A stretch of 63,744 nt of DNA, counting the filler, from Reticulomyxa filosa (taxonomy: Eukaryota; Protista; Foraminifera), in the NCBI GenBank assembly GCA_000512085.1. It is 14 parts of 14 records of this genome, joined end to end, with 100 filler letters (N's around TTAATTAATTAA, not from the genome) between each part and the next. Parts side by side here need not be neighbours in the genome. Positions count along the whole stretch, not along the records: positions 36,325 to 37,862 come from ASPP01006422.1; positions 37,963 to 39,026 come from ASPP01024175.1; positions 39,127 to 49,175 come from ASPP01002228.1; positions 49,276 to 57,861 come from ASPP01006392.1; 10 more parts are not named here. The stretch is one strand, 5' to 3'. The stretch's first letter is position 1. Every line of letters starts with the position of its first letter. A program made the translations under genes and the position numbers. Of the stretch, positions 37,861 to 51,084 are shown one piece after another. The notes beneath the pieces are model-generated. The model was not told where the DNA came from and ran no database searches. It worked only from the letters and a program-made list of their open reading frames with translations.

Positions 37861-39126
37861 GTNNNNNNNNNNNNNNNNNNNNNNNNNNNNNNNNNNNNNN
37901 NNNNNNTTAATTAATTAANNNNNNNNNNNNNNNNNNNNNNNNNNNNNNNNNNNNNNNNNNNNTTCAAGTGTTGCGTCTGTGCTTTGATTGAATTTTTTAC
38001 TCTCTTTTAACAGAGGTTTTTTAGGAACAACAATGCATGTTTTGTAGGACAAGCCCTTATCACGCATGGCTGAACGCTTATGGAACTGAGGAGCTCCCTT
38101 TGGGTTAAACCTCATCAACAAACGACCTCTTACTTACTCGCTTTCTTTACTTTCTTTTGTCCTTTGATTTATTCTTTAATTTACTTTTGTTTACTGAAAC
38201 TCTTTCGTATTACATTTAGTGAAGCTCTTCACCGTAGACTCCCCACAGTTTTGTAATAAATTCACTACTTTGCATAAATTGAAATAGTATAACCAATCCT
38301 TTGTTCAAAAACAAAAAGTGCAAATTGTAATTTGTGTAATGGACGGAGGATTAAAAATCTATTTTCAATTTTTTTTGCATTTTTTTAGCATATTTTCATT
38401 TTTGATGTAAACATGTTGCTTTGTAATTTGTGCTAAGTTAAATGAATTATTGTAGGCACAAATTAAAAAACGATGAATTTTAAGATATTTTTGATATAAC
38501 AGCAATACAAATAATGATTAACCGATGTTAAATTATGGAGATATTCCATTCCTTATCTTTATGAATGTCAGTTTTCATTGAAGAGGATTAGCATAGTTAT
38601 TTATAATTCAAACTACATGATTGGAACGAGCAAAGATAATAATCAAAATCAAACATATTACAAACGTTACTGAAAGTAAAATTTTTTTATAGTTGAAATT
38701 TTTAGACATTGTAAAGCGAGTGTGACTTCTTCACTTTTTTAAATCTGTTTGGCAACTTATTTGTTGCAGTTCATTTTTAGGGGTTCAGCAACTTCGTAAT
38801 GTGTGACTGTAAAACTTATTGCGTATATTGACATAAGTTGCTTCAAGAGTACCGATGCGGAATGTCGAACTTCGCTTAGCACAAAGAGTGTAAACCATTT
38901 GTTACCCTTTGGCAACGTTTTTTTTGTTGCAGTTCATTTTTTGGTGGGTTTCGTCGTCGGTTCAGCGTCTTGTGTGACTTTAAGAGGTGGAAGTGCTTTA
39001 AAACTTACTGCATATCTTGTCCTTAGNNNNNNNNNNNNNNNNNNNNNNNNNNNNNNNNNNNNNNNNNNNNTTAATTAATTAANNNNNNNNNNNNNNNNNN
39101 NNNNNNNNNNNNNNNNNNNNNNNNNN

Positions 39127-41674
39127 AAAGAAGGTTATCAGTGGAAATTAAACCACAAGACCGTGGATCAAGCGTCCAAGACAGAGAATTTAAATATTAC
39201 AAAAAGAACCAAATCAGGAATTGAAAATAGAAATTAAAGAAAAATAATTAAATGATGAAAATGTTTGGAAAGAAAACAAGAAGGTACGCAAAGATTACTT
39301 TTGCTCTTCTTTGGTTTTCATCTGTAAATGGAACTGATATCACAGACATCGATTCTGTAATTTTGACAAAAAAAAAGGTAAAATATTGTAAAACAAGCAC
39401 ATTTTTTTTTTCTTCAGCATCCAAAAGATGTGGATGAAAAGCATTATGAACTAGTTGAAGATGATATCTAAACCATTGGAATTAAATGATGATTTCATTG
39501 GTGTGAGTGATATTCCATCAAAATGATATTACAAAAGAAGAAGTTATTGAAGCTATGACATTTGTCATCACAAGGATATTAATGTAGTGAATGAATGATA
39601 AGCGATTATTATATCAAACGCAAGCGGGATTCCAGTCATTGAGATTGACTGATACGATCCACAAGTCATTCGATTGCAATTCAGTGACTTATGTAGTGTT
39701 ATTAGATATATCTGCAGCGTATGATAGTGTTTGGAGAAATGAACTGAGATATAAAATGACTAATTCATATTGGATGGAATTCAATACTGGAGTTCCCCAA
39801 GGATCTGCTTTATCCCCAATATTATTTCTACTGTATATCAATGATTTACCAACAGTTATTCATCAACCTATTCAATGTGGAATGATGTGGACATCGATAT
39901 TTACAAGTGATGTCGATGAAATGAATGACCAATTGCGATCATTGCAGCAAAGTATCTATTTGGTCGAATAAATGGAAGATGTTACTTGCAGTTGATAAGA
40001 TGCAGTGCATCGCATTCAGACGTCAAAATAAGATGAAATTCCCAAAGATGCAATTGACATTGCAGCACTCAAACCTGATCATGTGAAGTATCTTGGATTG
40101 TTTCTTGATTCCCACATGACTTATTACAAGCATATTAATTACGTGTATGGAAAAGCTGCGAGGAAACTTGGATATTTGACATACGTATAATCTATTATAC
40201 AAGACTATTATTCGTCCGAGTCTCTAGTATGCATCAGCAGAGACGATTGGAAAAGATACAAAGGATTGCAATGTGTCATAAAAAATAAAAATAAAATAAA
40301 AAAAAATAAATCTATATCATCATCGACGATCATTGTGGAAGATTAACAAGATCTCGATATCAAAGTTACTCATCTAGATATTTCGAAAGATTGTGAAAAA
40401 AACTTGAAGTTTTCCTAGTGAAAACCAGAAGATTTTTCAACTATGAAAAAATTTTTTTATAGTGATATAAAGATTTTTTATAGTAGTGAATTTTTTGATA
40501 TAGTGTAATTCGTGTGTGTTTTCAACTTTTGCAACGTATTTGTTGCAATTTATTTGGGAGGGTGATTATCGTCGATTCAGCACATATCCCCACACTTTGA
40601 GGCACGCGCGGTTAAAAGAAAGAGTCTTTTACTGAGCGTGGTGATAACAAGAACATGTAATGCCACGATATTTTCTATCTGACCTGATGGAAGCTCAATC
40701 TTTTGAGAAGATTGCATTCATTGACATTTAGTGATTACTTATACAACATCAAAAAATCAGACTCTCCTGATTGTATTTGGTGTGAAAAGAAGAAACTGTC
40801 GATCATTTCTTGATGGATTGTTTACGGTATCAAGAATTACGTCGCAGTTTGTTGACAGATATTAATGTATTGTTCCTATCGATGAAATATTTCATTGTTG
40901 GAGACCGAGCATGGAAACCAGGCATTAGAATCAAAGCTGTCAAGGCAGCAGCCAAGTTTGTAATCGATACCAAGAGAAAGATTTGATTAACTGGAATAAC
41001 TTTATTGTTTTTCTTTTAATTATTTTTGCATTGATCTTTTGGTCGTTGTAAGGTTTTGTGCCTTTCTTTTGTTTTTATGTTCTTTTTTGAGTACTGTGTT
41101 CTATTTCTTAGAACGATGTGCTCTTTTATCTAGAAAGACCTGAATCTATGCAGGTAGAGAGCTGAGGATGAAGCGAGAGAGTAGTCCGACGCTTGACACG
41201 CCCCCACTGCAACCCATCTAAAAAAAAAAATCTAATGTAATGTGTCGAATTCTTGGTGTGATGAACCAGACTGCTTATGATACAGTAAATGTTATTTCCC
41301 AGTTTCCCCCTCTTGAATTACGACGAAGACAAGAAGAAGTGAAGTCGTATCACAAATGTATCAGATGGTCAGGTCGATTCAATGGTCATAATCTTGTATT
41401 GGCATACAAGATTTGTAATGAATCAAGACCAAAGACTAATTTGAATTACATATCATTGATTGGTAAATTATCGACACTATCCCGTAGATGCATCAATGAA
41501 GCTGATGCTGGAGTGCCGACAATTGAACTAGATTCACATCCAATCCCAAATGTTCCACCAATGCAAATTGCAATGATGCCACAATCAAATAAATCACCAT
41601 TTGCGATCTTCAATGAACCAACATCAGATGAAATTTTGTTATCATTGGGTTTTGATTGCATTGTGGCACATTGA
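39127..41674 (+). mobile_element. Degenerate non-LTR retrotransposon (LINE) ORF2, reverse transcriptase region
   Basis: QAGFQ, VLLDISAAYDSVW, GVPQGSALSPILFLLYINDLP, VKYLGLFLDSHMT, LYKTIIRPSL, RIAMCRILG and PPLELRR. The YADD motif is deleted and there are many frameshifts. Confidence 0.9.
40278..41238 (+). mobile_element. Nested insertion containing a LINE 3' end (CCHC knuckle, 3' UTR, poly-A), flanked by 8-bp direct repeat AATGTGTC
   Basis: DSPDCIWC../EETVDHFLMDC at about 40760-40820, stop at about 40985, A-run at 41220-41230. AATGTGTC at 40270-40277 and 41239-41246. Confidence 0.75.
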
Positions 41675-42949
41675 TTGATTTTTTTATGTGCTTTTTGACC
41701 CTTTTTCCAATAAAATATCAATAAAATAAATTCCCAAATAAAAAAAATTCAATTTAAATAAATAAATGATGAGTATTGTTAGAAAATACTTTCATTGTGC
41801 TTTTTCACGTTTGGACTGTCAAAATTGATAGCTACACAATTTTCTACGATATTGAGAAATTCTTCGAAATTTACGCATAAAATTAATACTAATTCAAAAT
41901 GAACTTCAAAATTTTTATAGATGCGATAAACAGATATGTGGCTGCTTCTGATTCAAGTTTTTTAATATTTAGGCATTGGAATAAAATCTGGATATTATTT
42001 TGAAAAACTCATAGATTACTGAAATTGGTAATATCAATTACTATGTTTTGTATGTTGATTTCGTTACTTGATCGATTTACATTTACATAAGCACCTGATT
42101 AATAAATCGCAATATGGATTGTATCTGCCTGTGGGAAAAAGTAAGATCGTCCTATAAATGTAAATGCAATGTGTATAAATTGCACAAAGCTTTGTAAAAA
42201 TTAAAACGGCCTTTGGAAAACAATTCTTTTCAATAAAAAGATGCAATATTAATAAGTTATCATGCTAATGAATCATTACAAAGAATAAAGCAAAAAGAAT
42301 TTCAATCAATGGAGAAGTAGCTAAGTGATTATTTTAAAGGGTTTGTTATATTTCTTTTTTTACGATCATGGAATTGTTTCATATTCAAAAATTATAATAA
42401 AACTTCAAACTCTTGAAAAAATTAAGATAAATATGAATCAAACTAAGTCATATTTTAAAACATGATTTATAGATATTTTTAATATCTATGCCAACTTACT
42501 GTATTTAATAACAATTTTATCAAGATCATTGATCCACCAGAATTTTATCTTTAAAACTCGAATTCAATGTTGAATAAAATTACCAATTTTCTTCATGACA
42601 GTGCACCCGATAGAACAATTATTCATCATCAGGTGATACCCGGTGAATTCAGACAAACCGTTTTCTTTGCGTTTGTCCAACAAAATATATTAATTTAATA
42701 TCAATAACACCAACTGTAGCTAAGCAAGTCCTCGAATCATTACATATGTTTTTAAACATTTCAAAAAATTGCTGGTTTCATGAAAAATCACAAACATTTG
42801 TAAAAATTTATTAGTTGTCTTTTTCTTTGGATAACTGTAATCGGAAACGCTTTTTTTCATTGTTTTGGAAAGTGAGAAAAAGGGGGCCTTGCAAGTTTTA
42901 TTAAAATCTGAAGTTCATTTTAAATCTGAATGAATTTGAATGATTATAA

Positions 42950-43800
42950 CTCAGGATACTCGTCAAATACGATAACTATAATTCCCTTTGCCAACCCAAC
43001 TTTGTCAAAATCAATGTGTGATTTATAAACACGAAATTCTTATTTGTGTATGTCGTTGGACTAATGATTGTTATTCCTATCATGTGTTAAAAGATCACTA
43101 TAAATTTATTTGTTCTACCCAAATGATCTGAGTTTGCATGTACACTATGTGATTAAGTGTAATGATGACAATCAAAATCAAATAACCCTGCTGTCGTTTT
43201 GTGGACATTTCCACACACATTAATAATGGCATATGTAAGCGTTTGAGATGATGATGCGGATACTAGCAATGAGAAAAGTAAACATGGAACCAAACACATT
43301 AATTAATGATTACTTTTGCATTGGAGGAAATGAAGATAGCTATTTGGGGGCACGTGCTATCCACTAGTGGTAATAGCGGTAAGTTATTATTTATCACTTA
43401 TCAATCAGTGAATATTTTTGTATTTAATTTAAATTTATTTCAATATATTAACTACGATATTTTGCTGATCCATTATGATGAGAAGGATAATACAAATTAT
43501 GCATGTCAATGATTGCATTTGTTTTTTGGCGATATGCTACCGCTACCTCAGTATTGATGCAAAATATTCCATAAAAGAAAATCAGTGGATGCAATTTGAA
43601 TATACTTTGCCCTTTGCATTGTACAATTGTGCTGCAGCATTAAATGAAGATAATACATTTGTGCATTATTGGTGGATTAAACTATAGACATGAAAGCCTG
43701 TCAATACACATAAAGATGAAACTAAAAGATTTGATGAAAAAAAACACAAAAGAGAAACAATGTGCTATAGAATAAGATGAAAATATTATTATTGATAATA
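42950..43800 (+). pseudogene. Kelch-like beta-propeller pseudogene
   Basis: PLPTQLCQNQCVIYKHEILIC...DCYSYHVLKDHYKFICS and WMQFEYTLPFALYNCAAALNEDNTFVH, with many stops and frameshifts. Confidence 0.65.
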
Positions 43801-43944
43801 TGCAAATATAAACTTAAGCAATTGACCAAAATTTTTCCATTAAGAAATTAACCGTTAAGATTCAATATATTCACTTCTAAAGGAATATGCAATAAATTAT
43901 TTTATAAATCAATAGAAATACAAAGAAATTGAAATTACAGTACA

Positions 43945-45240
43945 ATGCGACTCCAACTCCAATTCCAATTCATTTGGTTCCAACATGTGTTATATAAACA
44001 TATACATATATGTATATGTATATGTGTGCACTTTGTATTTATGTCTCACTATTTTAATTGTGTGCTCGGATGTGACGGGGCAAGAAGAAGGAATAATCAT
44101 TTCAATCGGCAACGACACCCCTCCCAATCCCAATTTCATCTTCAAATGCAAGTTCAACCTCAACTTCCATTCCATCAATCTCAATCTCAATCACATCACA
44201 ATCACAGTCACAGTTACAATTACAATTGCAGTCTCAAAGCCAAGAGGAATGTTTCCAGTGGCATGACCCTTATTTGCGAAGATGTGGCAGTTCCACGAGA
44301 CTCAAGGAGTTCCCACACAGTAATATCGAAAGGATAAGAACGCAGTTCCAAGCATTCAATGCCATCGTCGATTACGAGGACAGCTGGTTACGGTCCTATG
44401 GCAACAACACCTTCGAATCCATGCCATGTGATCCTTTTTATGAAGATGAACGTCGATGCCATACAGCCAGAAAACAAGAAAAACTTCATCAAGCCCATCA
44501 CTTCTGTTTGGAGATACTTTCTTTTTTTTAATTAAATATATATATGCTGGACGTAAGTATACGTTGTACATATTGTGTATGTATTGCATATACGAATACA
44601 TGCTATTAACAAACAACGCATACTTGCATGCAAATTATATCAAACCATTCCGGAAACATGTAGGAATGAATACATGGTGCAATATTCAATAAGAATTGAC
44701 TATCACGCCGTGTATATTAACCCACTTTTAAATAAATGCATTTAGTACAAACTAAATTGCGACATATGCTTCCACGTCTATCAAATGATAATAAACTCCA
44801 AAGATTCGCAGTCGTTTCATCTCGTCGAATTTGCCATTTGTCTACATTTGCTCGCTTGTTTAAACATGTATCAATTGCAAACCCTCGATGAAATGGATGT
44901 CTCCAGCATTCCTTCACAGCTGCCTTCTTCCTTCAGGATCGGATTTGTTTTCTCATCTTCTTTTTACAAAAGTCACGTTGATTTTGATAATTATCACTTT
45001 TGTTGTCGTTGCACTCCATAGCCGTGACAACAGCAATTTGCTTTCCTTTTGGCCGACCATTCGTGTGAAAACATGACTGACTTTGCGACACCTCGAAAAT
45101 GTACAAAGGCAGAAGATATCCAAGAAAAGAATGACGCATAGACTGATGACAATGGCAAGGTTGATGTCGATAAGAAACCCGTCGAAAACGAAGAAAAATA
45201 GACAAAAGTATATCAATTCTCAATGCCAGTGACTTTCCTC
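43945..45240 (+). CDS. Multi-exon gene or decayed gene with a C-terminal EH (Eps15 homology)-like segment
   Basis: Exon-like GC-richer blocks separated by (TA/ATAC) introns. FHLVEFAICLHLL...IPSQLPSS resembles the EH consensus EF.IAMHLI...P..LP. Confidence 0.4.
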
Positions 45241-45866
45241 AAAATACTAATAAAAATACCGAACGCCAAAATATGTTGCAACAACCTTTCAAGCAATATT
45301 TCCTTTCGTTCGTGTTCGTTCGCATGATCTTTTGTTTTTGCCTTCATTTTCTTACTTAACTCTTTTTCACACTCTCGGCAGAAGTTATACTTACGTACTT
45401 TTTCTTTTAATATTTTCCTCAGTCACTGCGAAAAGTCTTAAGAGACAAAAAACTTAAAAAACAAATTTTTTGTTTATACATCTTTTGCAAAATTGTTTCG
45501 CAGATCATTATAAAAAATGCTTTGTCTTCGAAAAAAGATTTTTTTTGATGTATACGCATAAAATTTTATACTGTTTTTATGTCACACTAGTCCAAAAATA
45601 TACAGATTTTTTTTTGAAGCCCGAAAAGTGCTTCTATTGAAGACGATTCATCGTGGTAACACTTTTTTTTGATTACTTGATTAAATGTAAAAGACGCTGT
45701 ATACGTAAATCTAGTCGTAAGCAATTTTGAGAAAATTTACCAAAAAATCTTTTTTTTAACACTGTACCAGAATTGACAATACGTCGTAAAAAAAATTTGA
45801 TCATTTTTTTGACGATTGCACCAGCCTAAAAAACAGGACCGAAATATTTGTTTGATGACTTAGAAG

Positions 45867-46180
45867 AAATTTTTGTACATTAGACATTGTTTGAACATTT
45901 GTCAAATTTCTGTACATAAGCTAAATTTGTGCATTAACAATTTGACACCAGCTAAATTTTTGTCATTAGTAAAATTTCTTTGCATCAGTCAAATTTTTGT
46001 GCATTAGTCGATTTTGTACATCAGCCAAATTTCTGTTCACTAGTCAAACTTTTGTGCATTAGATATTTTATGCATCAGCCAAATTTTTATGCATTAATCA
46101 GTTTCTGTGCATAAGCTAAATTTGTGCATTAGTCAATTTTTTGCATAAGCCAAATTTTTGTGCACCAGCCACATTTGTCA
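45867..46180. repeat. Degenerate minisatellite, ~18-19-nt unit AAATTT(T/C)TGTGCAT(T/C)AG(T/C)C
   Basis: Roughly 16-17 head-to-tail diverged copies with no spacers. Confidence 0.8.
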
Positions 46181-47582
46181 CATAGAAATATCTCAACATT
46201 TTTTCTCGTTTGGCCAAAAAAAAGTTATTTTTGCTTTGGAAAATTTGTAAATTTTTATCACGAAACTATTTTTTTTAATAACATCTTTGACATCAATTTG
46301 TGTCAAGCTTTCTCAAAAAAGCAACAGCGAGCTCACAAGGCCGCCAAATAAAATTAATTTTTTTCAAAAATGTTCTAAGCAAAGTTGACACAGCGTATCA
46401 CATTAAACCTTTGGAAAAAAAGAAATTAAATTGATAAAAAATACAATCTGACACATATACATAAATATATTCACAATTCCATCAAAACCTTCAACAAATT
46501 AAGCATCTTCTTCTTAATGATCAATAACAAATTCCAATTTACATTTATAATCTTTATATTGTGTAGCGAGCCGTTCAAGAAGTTCATCTTGTTGGACAAT
46601 TTCCCAAATGATGCCAATACAATTATTGTCATTTTTTTCTTCTCCGCAATATACCACTCTTGTGCTTGTTATTGCTGATAAATTGATAAACGATTTGCTC
46701 TTGATTTTATATTCGATGCTGTTCCTTGTTCGTCTTGTAGCATTTTTTGTACTCTCTTTTGATAGTATTGCTATGATATCATTGACGTTCCGTTTTCCCT
46801 TGCTTGTGACAAGTGTTTTTATTTTCCATCAGTACAACAAGTATACCATTTGAGTTTGAGTTATTTCCTTTTTTTTACCATTTTCTTTAAGAAATGTAAA
46901 GTTATTTCTCCAAATTTTTCTTTGAAAAAAGAAGATATTTCGTCATTCACTTATCACTCTACCCCGAAAGTAAAACCAAATCAAGTTAAAGCACATGGAC
47001 CAAAATAGATCGTAGCACAAATATAAAAGAAACTGAACATCAAACAGAAAAAAAATGAAAAAGATACATACTATAATAAATCTGAATTAAATAAAGAGAA
47101 TGAAGATCATTTCCAAAGGAGCTGAAATTATAAACATTTTATCTATAGAATGTTACAATTGGATTATATATACAACGCAACTATGATGACAAGTATCAAA
47201 GAACGCTGCAGCATCTGGTTTCAATTTATCAGATGCAGCATGATGAAATTTTGGAATGTGTATATGACTAGTCACAGGATAACTCAAAGTATTTTGTAAA
47301 TGCTGATTAGAGAAAGACATAAAAGATATTTTTGCAGGCACGTTCTGGTGTTTGAATGACGTGAAAGTCCTCAGAAAAGAAAAATCAAAACATCCCAATT
47401 TCATGGGCTCGATTCTCACAAACTTGGAGTAAAACAAAAGAGCAAAAGATGCACAACTTCAAAGGCAAAGAAAAAAAAAAGAAATCTTTAAACAAAAAGA
47501 AAAAGAGAAACATTGAAAAAGTGACAACACATGACCACAAGACCAATCACAAATCTTTCCATGCATTGTCATTACAAATTGC

Positions 47583-49175
47583 TCATTGTAAACCAAGCCG
47601 TAATTTGGTGGAAATGCCACGAATGAGTGACGAATTCATATCCTTTGCATCGCTTGTATTGTTCTTTGTATTCCCTTCAGCACTGCTTTGCATTTTACAG
47701 TTGTCAAAATTTTCTTCTTTCATTTCTTCGTGTTGACTTTTACCGGAAATTTTGACACTGTTGATAAGTCGGCAATGTTCAAGTGAGCTCTCTTTGTTAT
47801 TTTCACCAAGCTCAGAAGGTCGCAAAGGAGAGTGTCTTCTTTTTGCATCCAACAAAGCTCCTCCTTGATCTTGTCCTGGATCTGTGGCCAGAGGTTCTTC
47901 ATGGTCCCCAATAAGTAACAATGGATTGACGTATGATTTTGTTTTCATGTTGGCTTGTGACAACAAATCCACGGCAGATTGACTCAAAGAATCAGTGCGA
48001 GTGAGAGGTTGAAGAGAGGTGGGCTGTGATCGTTTCGATCCTGTTCGTATAGCCTCAGTGGGCTTTTCAGAATATTTCGTTGAAACGTAACCTGATTTTG
48101 GCAATTTATTGTCATCGTGATCTTGTTCAGTTCTACTTTGAGCTTGAGCAGACTTGTTAGAATTGTTCTGACTTGTGCCATATTTATTCCGGTCATTTGA
48201 GGTGTTTTCTTGAGCACTTTCAAGCGCCGGAGACGACGCTGTGTCCTTCGCACCCGCAATTCGACTTAAAGAAGACGAAGAAGAACGAAGAGATTGTTCC
48301 ATTTGTTTGGTCTCTTTTGTCTATGTGGTCAATTTAGCGTATGTGTACATATATGTACAAGCGGCCATACAAAAAACAAAGAAAGCACTCAACTTCCAGT
48401 CGGGGATCATATTCCAATTGAATGCCGTGTTCTTTGCGATATTTGTCTCCCGCCTTCCACATGAGTGGTTGTTGCCTGTATTCAATACATTCCCCTCATT
48501 TATCATTTATCATTCGAGTATGTTGCAGATATGATGCAGGTTAACATAGGAGTGTTTTATAGTAGTTCAACTCTTCCAGGAAAAAATTGCTGTGGTCCAA
48601 TAACAGATCCTGGACGACAAATTCGCAACCAAGCAATGACTTCAGCAGCGGTCCAACAGTAATGCTTCATGATAAAGCATCCGATCAATGATCCAGTACG
48701 ACCCAAGCCTGCCTTACAATGGACTGCAATTGTGCCTTCCGCGCTTTCACAAATTTGCAAAAACTTTTCCACAATTTCCTCAGATGGGGTGGTACCATCG
48801 ATAAAATACAGATCGTGGTGTTCAAATCCCAACTTCGTCCAAACGCGTTTGTCGTAGCATTTTTTGTTCAGACGTATGATGGTTCCAACATTAAACTTTC
48901 TCCAAATGGGAACATAAAAGTCGGGCGTCAAAGCCGGATATCCTTCATCGTCAATTTCACGATAATGTGGGCCGGCAAATGCGATAAATTGTCCTGGAAT
49001 GATCACATTCAGATCTCCATATTCCACACGTTCATAGTACTCGTATTCGTCGACGTTAAACGTATCGAAATTCAAACATTTGTGTCGCATTGCTCGATAG
49101 ACGGCCCAGCAACAGTGCTCAACAGTACATTTGTATGTGCACAGTCCCATCGATGCGTCACGAAATGTTACTGCT
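47583..49175 (-). CDS. CDC14: CDC14 dual-specificity phosphatase (5'-truncated, multi-exon, one apparent homopolymer frameshift)
   Basis: EYEYYERVEYGDLNVIIPGQFIAFAGP, RLNKKCYD, HDLYFIDGTTP, AVHCKAGLGRTG and WLRICRPGSVIGPQQ. C-terminal DQGGALLDAK. Confidence 0.93.
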
Positions 49176-49745
49176 NNNNNNNNNNNNNNNNNNNNNNNNN
49201 NNNNNNNNNNNNNNNNNNNTTAATTAATTAANNNNNNNNNNNNNNNNNNNNNNNNNNNNNNNNNNNNNNNNNNNNAAAAAAAAAAAAAAAAAAAAAAAGG
49301 AAAAATCGAAAGAAGAGTCAGAATCTGAAGTAATCCCTCCAAAACAAATCTGCACTGATAACAATATTGAATCGAGGTTTCATAAACCTTTTTTTTTTCT
49401 CTCCCTCTTTTTGTAATTCCTAGGATTCCAAGTCTATGTGTACAGACAGCAGAGTCAATATGAATTTTGTATGTATGTGTGTATGCGTGGGTGTTCATGA
49501 TTTCGAAAGTTCGTGCACGAGGAAGCAACGGACGATTGTCGAAAAAGAGGGCTCCATTCTTGGTCAAAAAAGAGAGAGCGACGAAATTCAAGAATTCAGT
49601 TTTGCACAAATTTTATTTATTTAATTTTATTGTGTTTTATTTTAATTGCTCCTCTCCTTCTGTTTGTTTAAATTATCTTTTTTTTATTATTTGATTTTTG
49701 TTTTGCTTTTTTTTTTTGTTTGAACGCATACACAAAATACAATAA

Positions 49746-50702
49746 GCTCCCAGGAAAAAAAGAAAGTGTGTTAACGACAGAAACAACAGTGGACGTGTTG
49801 ATTTGCAACCTGACAAAAGTAAGGACATTGTAGTTGTTGAGGAGAGTGGTAATGTAAATAATAGAAAAAAGGAAAGCGATAAGGAAGTGATGGCTGTTGA
49901 AGATAAGTATACACTCACAGAGAAGCAAACAAATAAGAATGGAGCCGAAGGTAATAGTGCAAGTAAAATTGAAATTAAAAGCGAAAGCGAGAGCGAGAGC
50001 GAGAGTGAGAGTGAAAGTGAAAGCGAAAGTGAAAGCACAAATGAAAATAGTGAAAGTGAAAGTAGCAGTGAAAGTGACAGTGACGATAGTGAAAGCGAGA
50101 ATGAGACAAAAACTAAACAGAGTTCGAAAAAGGTGGGAGGCAATACAATTCAGAGCCAATCAGAAAAGAAAAATGATCACTCAATTCCTTCTCTTTCTGT
50201 TCAGCGATACAGTCCTCAGGCAACTGCGGTGGATACAAATACAAATCCTCCATTACGTCGGTCAGCGAGAAGGCGTAAGTCTGCTCTCGATGATAAGGAA
50301 TCGAACTCTACCCTCTTTCAGGATCACACAGTCTCTACGGAACAGAGAAAGGACACCGATCGAATCACGAATGCAAAACTCATTACGGATCCCTTAAACT
50401 ATGTTCAATTGTTGGAAAAGAAAATTCAACTAAAGCAGAAATATTTGCAACAACATAAAAATAAAAGTCGCTATCAATCGTTTACTCCAGAAGAAAACGA
50501 GGCTTTGCTGACTGGATTGCAAAAATACAAACAATATCATCAAAGAACTGGGAAAGGGATGTATCATTACATGAAGTTAGATCGCGATATTGGCCCAATT
50601 CTTAAGAATAAAAATAATGTTCAATTGAAAGATCGGGTGCGTGTTCTACGAAAACAAAAAGATACTCGCCTTTTGGCTCTATTCCCTGAATGGAAAGAAT
50701 GA
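49746..50702 (+). CDS. Protein with C-terminal telobox-type (TRF/TRB-like) single Myb domain; last exon
   Basis: Ser/Glu-rich linker, then FTPEENEALLTGLQKY...LKNKNNVQLKDRVRVL. Upstream exons probably lie in 49276-49620. Confidence 0.7.
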   Translation, partial: APRKKRKCVNDRNNSGRVDLQPDKSKDIVVVEESGNVNNRKKESDKEVMAVEDKYTLTEKQTNKNGAEGNSASKIEIKSESESESESESESESESESTNENSESESSSESDSDDSESENETKTKQSSKKVGGNTIQSQSEKKNDHSIPSLSVQRYSPQATAVDTNTNPPLRRSARRRKSALDDKESNSTLFQDHTVSTEQRKDTDRITNAKLITDPLNYVQLLEKKIQLKQKYLQQHKNKSRYQSFTPEENEALLTGLQKYKQYHQRTGKGMYHYMKLDRDIGPILKNKNNVQLKDRVRVLRKQKDTRLLALFPEWKE

Positions 50703-51084
50703 TGTCTCTTCGTGGGTTGCATAGTGAGGCAATACACACGATATGGAAACAAAGTTTGTAATCTCTACAAATGTGTTTCCGTTAAAAAATAGTAAAATGG
50801 CCAAGTCATGGGCACAGCTTTTTTGCTAAGCCTTAGTGGATAACTATGATGTTTGTCTTTAACAATCATTGATCAACTCAACGTAATGTTTCATTTTCAC
50901 AAAAAAGTTTCCAAGTCATTTATGTAAAAATGAAAAAATTGTTTTCCCATCGAATTATAAATCATAATTGGAAATGGAAAAAACAATAAAGAAAATTAAT
51001 GATTAGAAGGACGTTAAATTAACTAAGACAAAACAAGCAAAACAGAATAAAATGAACAAACAAAAAAAAGCAATACTATTTTCT

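Noticed and set aside
38755-39026. Short imperfect direct repeat (tttgttgcagttcattttt...aaaactta) about 165 nt apart
   Set aside because: Only two diverged copies at a contig edge, with no interpretable product.
45867-46180. CRISPR array
   Set aside because: Head-to-tail degenerate units without spacers, in a eukaryotic context.
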